Part shown: piece after piece, positions 10,236 through 19,100 of the stretch
How positions within the stretch are numbered: the stretch's first letter is position 1
How the letters are laid out: each line of letters begins with the position of its first letter
Origin: a virus
DNA length: 64,000 bases
Reading direction: 5' to 3' (one strand)
Virus record (IMG/VR): IMGVR_UViG_3300042301_002170
Made by a program: the position numbers and the translations under genes
The notes under the pieces: generated by a model
What the model was told of the DNA's origin: nothing
The model's database searches: none
Seen by the model: the letters and a program-made list of their open reading frames with translations, nothing else

Positions 10236-11423
10236 TTAAGGAATTATTTTTAAATCTCTAATTGTATCATTTACCAAATTATTTATATCATATGTAAAAA
10301 ATACTCTTTGATTTTCTTGTATTTTTTCTATATTATTTTTATACCATTCTTCTATATGTTCTTTACCCAAAGAATGTATTCGTTTTAATTCAATTAGTGT
10401 TTGATTTAATCTTTCTTCATTATTTGATATTTTATCAAATGAGTAATCTATTAAATCATTATACAATGTAAATCCATAATTTTTTAATTGAGTGTTTGTA
10501 AATACATCGCCTATTATTAAAAATGGGTGGCAATTTGCAAGTGGTTTAAAACTCTTTTCTGTTAAATTTAAACTTTCGGAATTGAAACCTGACTCTAATA
10601 TTATGCTAAAATTTGTTTTTGAATAAATTAATTTAGTAGATAGTGGTTGAACTTCAATGTTTGGATAATCCCAATCTATTATAGTATGTGGTAATTCATC
10701 AAATTTAGAATAGTATTTCCACAAATCTTTTAATTCTTCTTTTTTTGAAATTAATAAATTTAAATCAATATCATCATTTTTTATTAAACATGAAAATTTT
10801 GTGTCATTTATTAATCCTGTTTTTAACAACCACAACATAGCTTGAACTCTAAATGTTTTTGTAGAATTACGATTATATAATAAAAAAAATGAATCTTTTT
10901 CACCAGTAACATAATCATTTGGTCCACAAGTTATAGTTGTAATTTGCTCTGCTTCACTAAATACATTAGGTAATGTTAATTTCTTATAATGACTAGCCCA
11001 CCATCCTAACAAATATGGTTTTGCTATAACTAATATTTCATTTGTAAAATTTTTAAAATAATTATTAATTGTAATTAAAATAATTTGATTTGATTTTAAT
11101 TTGTAATTATTTTTTAATTGTATTAATTTTAAAACAAATTCTGTCATATTATTTCCCTCGTGAAAAGAAGAAAATACTAATTTTACGTTTGGTTTGTTTG
11201 ATACTAATTCAAATACATTTTTAAAATAATCAATATTTTCTTTCAATACTGTATATGTCATTTCTCTATTAAATGTAAAATTCCAAATTATGTGTTCGGT
11301 TTGATTTAATTCAAATGTATGAAATTTAAATCCATAATTTACATCTAAGTAATCAATTTTACAAGTACCATTACCATTTGGGACATTTTTAAAGTCAATA
11401 TTTTCATAATAAAACTTCATCAT
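10236..11423 (-). CDS. Putative glycosyltransferase (GT10-like motif)
   Basis: FLLYNRNS..FRV, FSIILES...LTEKSFKPLANCHPFLIIG...GFTLY.DLIDYSFD. Confidence 0.5.
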   Translation of the reverse strand: MMKFYYENIDFKNVPNGNGTCKIDYLDVNYGFKFHTFELNQTEHIIWNFTFNREMTYTVLKENIDYFKNVFELVSNKPNVKLVFSSFHEGNNMTEFVLKLIQLKNNYKLKSNQIILITINNYFKNFTNEILVIAKPYLLGWWASHYKKLTLPNVFSEAEQITTITCGPNDYVTGEKDSFFLLYNRNSTKTFRVQAMLWLLKTGLINDTKFSCLIKNDDIDLNLLISKKEELKDLWKYYSKFDELPHTIIDWDYPNIEVQPLSTKLIYSKTNFSIILESGFNSESLNLTEKSFKPLANCHPFLIIGDVFTNTQLKNYGFTLYNDLIDYSFDKISNNEERLNQTLIELKRIHSLGKEHIEEWYKNNIEKIQENQRVFFTYDINNLVNDTIRDLKIIP

Positions 11424-12682
11424 ATTAAATTATAAAAATAGTTATCTTTTTCTTTTTTTAAATGATATGCACTAACGTATTCGTGGTTTTTAATAAATCT
11501 ATCTTTATTATTTACATAATAATTTTTTATTTCTTTTTTTAATTTTGATAATCTTACAATTTCATCCAAAACCATATGTAATCTTTTTTTAGCATCAATT
11601 TCTAAATCATAATCATGATTTATAATATCTTCAAATAAATCTAAATCAGGATGTTCTTTTTTTAATATTTCAACATGCCTATATGATGCTAAAAAAATTG
11701 GTAATTGATAAAAATAAAATGGTTTAAATGATTTTTCGGTCATATGAACATCTTTTATTTCATAGTGCGATTCAGTAACTATATTAATATAACTATTTTC
11801 GTATGATTTACATTCTATGTGTAAAAAATGTAAATAATTATCTGGGTTATCAAACCAATCTTTACCGGTTTCGTAAAAACTTAATTTTGGTTTAGAACAA
11901 ATTTCATAATAACTGTGTAGTAATTTTTTATCATTTGAACCGTCTATAAAAAATTGTTCTCCATATGTGGCTAATAGTGGATGATTCATTAATCCATATG
12001 TTAAAGACCAATCTATTAATCCAGAATCTAATAATTCATTATTTTTAAGTAATGTTAATATTGCAATTCTATGAGTCTTTGGTCTTCTATTTAAACATAG
12101 AAATAAAAACTCTTTATCTTCTACAAATGGAATTTTATATGGATTTTCAACTAATGAACTTGTACATAATTCTAATAAAAAATTTGATTTATATAAGTTA
12201 ATTGGTGTATTTTTTTTTATATCATTAGCTAATGAGTTATTATTTACAATATGAAATTGTTTTGGATTTAATTCTTTTTTATCAATTACTTTTGATAGAT
12301 TTTCTACATCAATACTAAGATTCATATAACTTTCGTGTTCACTTAAAAAAATTACTTTTAAATTTTTATTTCTAACACAATATTCAACTTCTTCCGATAG
12401 CTGCCATTCATTTTCATTGAACAAATTATTATATGAACAATAGTGTACAACGATATAATAATAATTTTCATTTGGGCTTATATCCGATAATTTACAATAA
12501 TTTTTTTCGTAATTATTATCCACCAAATCTTTACCTAAATTTGTAAAAAAATGCATAGGAGCTCCAACCTCAATATTGGGTATTGCTTCACAATTCAATT
12601 TTTCATTTAAAAAGATTAAATTAGGTATGGGTTTTCCATTATCATCCCACTTATCAAAAACTAAATTTAAAATACTACCCAT
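11420..12682 (-). CDS. Putative glycosyltransferase (GT10-like motif)
   Basis: FLCLNRRPKTHR, INIVTES...MTEKSFKPFYFYQLPIFLA...INHDYD. Start placed at the ATG at 12682 (MGSILNL), which overlaps the upstream stop region, instead of 12706. Confidence 0.5.
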   Translation of the reverse strand: MGSILNLVFDKWDDNGKPIPNLIFLNEKLNCEAIPNIEVGAPMHFFTNLGKDLVDNNYEKNYCKLSDISPNENYYYIVVHYCSYNNLFNENEWQLSEEVEYCVRNKNLKVIFLSEHESYMNLSIDVENLSKVIDKKELNPKQFHIVNNNSLANDIKKNTPINLYKSNFLLELCTSSLVENPYKIPFVEDKEFLFLCLNRRPKTHRIAILTLLKNNELLDSGLIDWSLTYGLMNHPLLATYGEQFFIDGSNDKKLLHSYYEICSKPKLSFYETGKDWFDNPDNYLHFLHIECKSYENSYINIVTESHYEIKDVHMTEKSFKPFYFYQLPIFLASYRHVEILKKEHPDLDLFEDIINHDYDLEIDAKKRLHMVLDEIVRLSKLKKEIKNYYVNNKDRFIKNHEYVSAYHLKKEKDNYFYNLI

Positions 12683-13296
12683 TTTCCTGTTCCGTAATGT
12701 GGCCAAACTTTTTCATACTCATACCAAATAATATCATTTGGAATTTCACTTTTAACATTCCAAGTTTCAACCGTTGGTGTGTATGTTGAAACTCCATTAT
12801 CTTCTACAACAAATGTAATTGGTAAATCAAAGTTTTTTGCATATTTGTAATTTTCCATAAAAGCACCCGTCTCAAATGCCATATCTCCAACAAAACACCA
12901 TACTTTATCTTGAGAACCATTTCTTTTGTTTGCCATAGCAACTCCCATTGCAATTGAAATCGTTCCACCAACTATTGCTGAAGAATAAAATTTTTCATCT
13001 TTATTTACAATAGTGATACTTCTACCAGCGAGAATCTCATCTTCTAACCATTTTGAATCAACTCCTTTTACTAATGCGTGATAATGAGAACGCCAAGTAC
13101 TAAATACCCAATCGGTTGATTTAATTCTTTTTCCAATTTCAATTATTTGTTCTTCATTTCCACCACTTAAATGTATAGGACCTCGTATGTTACCACCCTC
13201 CCATGCATCTGCTATTCTTCTTTCAAAATCAATTAATCCTTCTTTATCCCATAACGATTCCTTAACGATTGGGAAATTTTCTATGTTTTTTATCAT
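12667..13296 (-). CDS. ThDP-dependent enzyme, E1-alpha-like subunit (short)
   Basis: RGPIHLSGGNEE, STWRSHYHAL, SAIVGG, ThDP motif GDMAFETG...EDN; 209 aa, shorter than a full PDH E1-alpha. Confidence 0.85.
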   Translation of the reverse strand: MIKNIENFPIVKESLWDKEGLIDFERRIADAWEGGNIRGPIHLSGGNEEQIIEIGKRIKSTDWVFSTWRSHYHALVKGVDSKWLEDEILAGRSITIVNKDEKFYSSAIVGGTISIAMGVAMANKRNGSQDKVWCFVGDMAFETGAFMENYKYAKNFDLPITFVVEDNGVSTYTPTVETWNVKSEIPNDIIWYEYEKVWPHYGTGKWVVF

Positions 13297-13829
13297 CTGT
13301 CTCTTTTTTGTAAGATTGGGTTTTCAGTCGGCCATTCCATTTGAAACTCCGGGTCATTCCATTTAATTACACCTTGCTCATTTGCATCTACATATTGACC
13401 ATCATAAAATAAATTATAATGAAACATGCAATCAGTAAGTGCATAGTGGCCATTTGCAAACCCAGGAGGAACTAATACCTGTTGTCTGTTACGTTCAGAT
13501 ATGATGAATGATTCCCAATCCCCATAGGTAGGAGAATCTTCTCTTACATCCAAAACAATAAGGTATATATCACCAACCGCAGCCTGAACTAACTTCCAAG
13601 TTTTAGTATCATAGTGTAATCCTCTCAATACTCCTTTGTATGATTTTGAAAATCTACCATGTACCGAAACATATGGTGTAAGTTTTAACATTACAGGGTG
13701 TTCCTCTGAATGAAATGTTGTAAATATCTCACCTCTGTATTCTCTATAAATTGATGGTGTGTATATTTCTACTTCGTTTCCGAATTTGTTTGATGGCGTT
13801 ACATCAAACTGTTTCCAATTTGAACTCAT
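13293..13829 (-). CDS. rfbC: dTDP-4-dehydrorhamnose 3,5-epimerase family (RmlC/RfbC cupin)
   Basis: SKSYKGVLRGLHY, KLVQAAVGDIYLIVLDVR..SPTYG.W, VLVPPGFANGH, IKWNDP. Confidence 0.92.
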   Translation of the reverse strand: MSSNWKQFDVTPSNKFGNEVEIYTPSIYREYRGEIFTTFHSEEHPVMLKLTPYVSVHGRFSKSYKGVLRGLHYDTKTWKLVQAAVGDIYLIVLDVREDSPTYGDWESFIISERNRQQVLVPPGFANGHYALTDCMFHYNLFYDGQYVDANEQGVIKWNDPEFQMEWPTENPILQKRDR

Positions 13830-13879
13830 ATTAATTTTTTTACTTATTTTTTTATAAAAATTTAATTATTTCAAATACA

Positions 13880-14878
13880 TTATTTGGTTTGCCATGTATC
13901 CATAACACCACATATCTTATCATAATAACTTTTACTATTATGTCTATAATCATAGTATTTTGTAGTACCATTTGGTAGTTCTATACCATAAAAATCATCA
14001 TATTCTTCTAATAAAGTTTGACATTCTTCGTAGTTTGCAATTGGTATTCCACCAACATCGTTTATTTGTCCAATAGGACAATATCCAATTGCCAAATTTG
14101 GGTCATTCCAATCAAACCCCTTATCACTTATATATTTTTTAAATCCGTTATCCATATTAAATTCAAATTGTGGTCCAATATGAGCACTAAATTCTCCACT
14201 TATTAATCGGTGTTCGGATATTCCATCATCCGTTACATCTTCATCTTGGTCACAATATGCTTCATACCAAGTTTTACCTGTTTGTGCATAATGTAAATAA
14301 ATCATACCATTACCCACAGTTCTACTAAATTGTAATTTATCTTCCAAAGATATTTCTTGAAAACTCGGAGTTCCACAAATTGAATAATAAAAATAAAGAC
14401 TTTTACCAATACCTATATTAGTTCTTTTTATAGAATCATAATATGCTTCTAACGAATGGCAACTTAAATTTAATTTAGATATTGCAAATCTCTCCTCACC
14501 AGTTGCTCTTGCTAAAAAGCTAGATGGATTCCAAATTTGTCCTTGTAATGTTTCAAAATGTAAATGTAATTTATTTAATAACTCTCTATCAAATTCAGTT
14601 ACCAATGTTTCAAAAGGTTCATTTATTTTATCATAATCCGAATACCAATCGGCTGCTTTTAATAATCTAATACCCTCTACTAATTCTTCGCTAATCATTT
14701 GCGGAGTTCTATTTTTTGAAAACCCACCAACTAATGCAAAAGTTTTAACATATGCAATAAAATCGTTTTTTATAACATTTTCTAGCATTTTGTACCACTT
14801 TTCTTTAATCTTACTATCAAATAATGTAGTATTTACTTCTATAACATTATTATCAATATTTCTAAAATATAGTTTCAT
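13880..14878 (-). CDS. Hypothetical protein within the sugar operon
   Basis: 332-aa ORF in frame with the operon; His-containing motifs LNKLHLHFE, CHSLE, YLHYAQTGK; no family recognised. Confidence 0.6.
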   Translation of the reverse strand: MKLYFRNIDNNVIEVNTTLFDSKIKEKWYKMLENVIKNDFIAYVKTFALVGGFSKNRTPQMISEELVEGIRLLKAADWYSDYDKINEPFETLVTEFDRELLNKLHLHFETLQGQIWNPSSFLARATGEERFAISKLNLSCHSLEAYYDSIKRTNIGIGKSLYFYYSICGTPSFQEISLEDKLQFSRTVGNGMIYLHYAQTGKTWYEAYCDQDEDVTDDGISEHRLISGEFSAHIGPQFEFNMDNGFKKYISDKGFDWNDPNLAIGYCPIGQINDVGGIPIANYEECQTLLEEYDDFYGIELPNGTTKYYDYRHNSKSYYDKICGVMDTWQTK

Positions 14879-14911
14879 AATTAATTAATTTGTTTTTTTA
14901 TATTTTAATTA

Positions 14912-15883
14912 CTATGTATTATTTGCGTAACCTAATGGAAATCCGTTTCTAAATTCTGCTCCCATTCTTGGTACTATCATTTGATATGCTTCTATAAGTT
15001 GTTCAATACCCGCATCTAAACTCCAAGTTGGTTTCCAACCAGTTGCTTCGATTTTGGCATTAGAAACAATATAATCTCTTTTATCGGGGTCTTCGTAATA
15101 ATCATCATAAACTATTGCAAATTTTGGAACTTGTAATTTTATCTTTTCCAATAATTGTTGTTTATTTAAATTTGAATCACTTAAACCAACATTAAATACT
15201 TCACCTTTGTGTGTATCATAGTTGTGTAACATAAATACAAACGCATTAGCTACATCTTCTATATGAATAAAGTTTCTTTTAAAGTTTTTCTCAAATACTA
15301 CGATGTATTTATCAGTAATTGCTTTATAAGTAAAATCATTTACTAATAAATCTGTTCTCATTCTTGCAGATACTCCAAAGACGGTTGCTAATCTAAAAAT
15401 GATTGCATCTGTATGTTCTTTTAGAAGTCTTTCTGCTTCAACCTTAGTAGAACCATAAACCGATATTGGATTTAATGGAGATTCTTCAGTACATTCCGAT
15501 TGACCTTCCGCAATCCCATATCCACTATTTGTATTTGGATATAAAATCTTTTTACCTTTACCTTTTGTAAATTTTATTATGTTTTGAATTTGAATTAAAT
15601 TTAATTCTTTTGCCAATTGAGGTTCGGCATCGCAAGCAGGAAATCCTACAATGGCTGCTAATGGAATTATTACATCTGCCTGATTGCAAAGTTTTTCCAA
15701 TAGTTTTTCATTACGAACATCTCCGTATATAAACTTGAATTCAGAATGATGTGTGTATTGTAGTAAAGAAGTTTGATTGAATAGTAGTTTATCTAAAACT
15801 ATAACGGAATGCCCTTCTTGCAACATTCTACCAACTATAACAGAACCCAAATAACCGGCTCCACCTGTAATTAATATCTTCAT
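14912..15883 (-). CDS. NAD-dependent epimerase/dehydratase (extended SDR)
   Basis: ITGGAGYLGS, LAAIVG, YGSTK (YxxxK), FRLATVFG.S.RMR.DLLVNDF, RNFIHIEDVA. Confidence 0.9.
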   Translation of the reverse strand: MKILITGGAGYLGSVIVGRMLQEGHSVIVLDKLLFNQTSLLQYTHHSEFKFIYGDVRNEKLLEKLCNQADVIIPLAAIVGFPACDAEPQLAKELNLIQIQNIIKFTKGKGKKILYPNTNSGYGIAEGQSECTEESPLNPISVYGSTKVEAERLLKEHTDAIIFRLATVFGVSARMRTDLLVNDFTYKAITDKYIVVFEKNFKRNFIHIEDVANAFVFMLHNYDTHKGEVFNVGLSDSNLNKQQLLEKIKLQVPKFAIVYDDYYEDPDKRDYIVSNAKIEATGWKPTWSLDAGIEQLIEAYQMIVPRMGAEFRNGFPLGYANNT

Positions 15884-15903
15884 TTTTTATGTAACTTATA
15901 TAG

Positions 15904-15917
15904 TTATATATATCAAA
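15904..15917 (-). promoter_or_regulatory. Putative promoter for the minus-strand sugar operon (TTTGATATATATAA)
   Basis: Minus strand reads TTTGATATATATAActatataAGTTACATaaaaaATG. The same 14-mer occurs at 22101-22114 (+), also followed by AGTTACAT. Confidence 0.55.
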
Positions 15918-15933
15918 TATTTATATATTTATA
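15918..15933 (+). promoter_or_regulatory. Putative late promoter, tandem TATTTATA
   Basis: Two adjacent TATTTATA copies (15918-25, 15926-33) upstream of the ATG at 15949. Confidence 0.5.
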
Positions 15934-15948
15934 CACAAAAAGAAAAAT

Positions 15949-16074
15949 ATGAAGAATTTACCTATAATTTCATTTTTCGTAAAATTATACGAAGATTACC
16001 AAAGAAAGAAAAGATTTAAGAAAAAATTAGAAGAACTTAAAAAAAGAGACCCTTTTGTATATAAATCTTTCTAA
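15949..16074 (+). CDS. Small basic protein (41 aa), missed by the ORF track
   Basis: MKNLPIISFFVKLYEDYQRKKRFKKKLEELKKRDPFVYKSF*; has its own upstream promoter motif and A-rich leader. Confidence 0.6.
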   Translation: MKNLPIISFFVKLYEDYQRKKRFKKKLEELKKRDPFVYKSF

Positions 16075-16089
16075 TCTTAAATTTTGAGA

Positions 16090-16097
16090 TATTTATA
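16090..16097 (+). promoter_or_regulatory. Putative late promoter TATTTATA
   Basis: gaTATTTATAcatATG directly before the 1999-aa gene; same context as 41265. Confidence 0.55.
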
Positions 16098-16100
16098 CAT

Positions 16101-19100
16101 ATGAAATTAGAAGTAGATAAGCCGGAAGTAACGGGTTTAGTTGTAGTATATTCAGGACGTTTCCAACCATTTCACGCTGGACACTATGTATCCTATTTAA
16201 AACTTTGCAAAAAGTTTGGTAAGGAGAATGTATATATTGCAACATCTAATAGTACATCTGGTCCAAAATCTCCATTTGATTTTAAAGAAAAGAAAGAAAT
16301 TGCAACAAAAATGTTCAATGTTCCTTCTGATAGATTTATACAAGTTTCAAATCCATACGCACCCAAAGAAGTACTACAAGGTTTTGATGGAAAAACTACT
16401 GCTTATATTGCAGCAGTTGGTGAAAAGGATGAAAGTAGATTAAGTGGTAAATACTTTAAACCATACAAAGGTAAAACCGGATATGGATATGATGAAATAG
16501 GATACACATACGCAGTTCCTGCCGAATCAAACCCAATTAGTGGAACAGATGTTCGTAATTGGTTAGGTAGTGGAGATGATGAATCTAAAAAGAAAGGATT
16601 CTTAAAAGCATATCCAAAGTTCAATGCAGATATTTTTAAAATGATAACAAACAAATTAAACGAAGATGGTTTTCCAGGAGGAATTGGAACAGGATTGAAT
16701 CTTCCAGGTGGATATATTAATGGAGCACCAACGGGTTCTGCAAATGAATCAAATAATACAGAACCATCTTCTGCATTAAGACCTGAACCAAAACCAACAA
16801 GACATCAAATAGAACACCCATCAGACGAACCAAATTGGCATAAAAATGAAAGTTTATATGACCCAATTGGGCATATAATTGATAGAGTTCTTGCAGAACA
16901 AATGTTTAATGAATTTGTAGATTCGTATTTTACAGAAGCACCAAATCCTATAATGGATAAGGAGTTTGATTATACTGCAGCAGATGGAAGTAAGAAGAAA
17001 ATTAAAGTTAAGAGTGCATTAAGATTAGCAAAAGACCATCCTGCACACGTTCAAGCTTCCAAAATGGTTGGTAGTGATAAACCCAATGCAATGGCAAAAG
17101 GACCAACAGATGCACCTGCAAACGAACCAAATAAATTACCTGAACCTGGTAAAGCTGCAACTCAATCGGCAAAACCTTCTCAACCTGGACAACCGGTTAA
17201 GAAAGGACAAACTCAACAAGGTAAAGCAGATAAAGAAAAAGGAGAAGCACCTGCACCACAAGGAGCACAAGCTCCACCACCGGAACAAAAATTAAGTGGT
17301 GGTGAATTAAAAACGGCAGCTGAAAAAACACCAGAAGAAAAATCAAAAGAGAAAAAAGCTGAAAAACAAAATGCATTTAAATCATTTTTTAATGATGCAA
17401 GTGATTCTATTAAAAAAGAAGCATCGGCACTTTGGAAAGATTTTAATACAGAAGAACACCACGATGCACATGAAATGGCAAATCCTGAATCTGAAACTAG
17501 AAAAGGATTTATAGACCGTGCTGCAGATTTTATGGCAGAGTTTCCAGATAATATGGTAAAAGGTGCATATAATGTTGTAAAACACAAATATCACCAATTT
17601 AAAAATACTGCAAAAGGTGTAAAATCATTAGCAACTTCTTTATCACATGGTAAAGGGATTCAATTTGGCTATGAAAAAGGTAAAGATGGAAAGTGGGGAG
17701 TTAATAAAGATGAAGCAGAAAAACAGAAAAAAGCAGCTAAAGCAACGGCAATTGATGCAGCTAAAATAGCAGCAGCAGTTGTTACCGGTGGTGCAGTAAG
17801 TGGTGTAATGGGTCATTTAGCAGGAGGAGGAGCATTTGGTGGTTTAGGACAAGCTGCACTTAGTGGTGCGGGAGAAACACTTTCTCATGGAGTTACTGGA
17901 TTTGTAAGCCATATGGGAGTAGATTTTGCAAAACATTGCGGATTTGAAGCATTGGGATTAGGTGTAGGATTTGAGTTTGAGCAAGCTGAAAAAATAGCAG
18001 CAAGAGCAGGTGTTGCAACCGTAGGAGTTGTTCCACATATAGGTAAATTATTCCACAATGCAATGAGTTATGTTATGTCCGAAAATGCTACACCAGAAGA
18101 TGAAGAAAAGCAAAACGCAGATTTACTTATGAATTTGGTGGCAACTGTTTTGGAAAAAATGAAAGATTTCAAACCAACATCACAACAAATGTTTGAAACA
18201 ATGAAATCCTATTCAGAAGCTAAAAAAGAAAAGGAAGAAAAACAAAAAGGACTTGAAACGGCAAAATTATTAAAACCAATACAAGAACAAATTTCTCCAT
18301 TAAAAAGAGAAAATGTAAGTAATTTTGTAGAATACGCAACTAAAAGATTAAAATTAAAAGAACAACCAAAAGTAACATTAGTAGAAGACCCTGAGTTTTC
18401 AAGACAAAACCATTCATTGGGTGGATACAATGTTGATTCTAAAGAAATATTTGTAGCAACTGAAGGTAGATTAACTGCTGATATTTTAAGAACTATTGCA
18501 CATGAAATGGTTCATAGAAAGCAAGATGAAATGGGATTGATTGGTGATTCAGTAAAAGATGGAGCAACTGGTTCAACTGTTGAAAACAAAGCAAATTCAA
18601 TAGCAGCAATATTACTAAGAGAATATGGTAAGTTAAATAAAACAATTTACAATGAAGACATCAATATAGATGTTGATAAGGGTGATACTGTTTTAATGGG
18701 TAAATTCAAAAACAAAAAAGTTGTAGCAAAAGATTTTGGTACTGATGACCACGGAATGCCAACAATCAACGGTAAAGTTGCAACCACATTTAGAATACCA
18801 AGAGGAGAAAAGGCAAAACCAAATCCACAATCTGTATTTGATGAAGTTGGTTCAAATGATTGGCACTTCAAAGCAATTATGAAATTGTGGGATAAAGCAA
18901 ATTCGTATGGTAAAAAGAAAATTGGAGTAGCAGTTTGTAATGACCCAAATGCAAGTAAAAGAGAAATCGAAGCCCAATTGAGAGATACTGATTACGAAGA
19001 GGTAACTGATATGACCGATAAATTGGGATTAAAAGAATATATCGAAAAAAAAAAGTTAAATAAAATTGGTGAATCGGTTAATACAAAAAATCACAAACCT

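Noticed and set aside
6995-13296. Pyruvate dehydrogenase as a central-metabolism auxiliary gene
   Set aside because: Both subunits are truncated, no E2/E3 is present in the window, and they sit among NDP-sugar enzymes.
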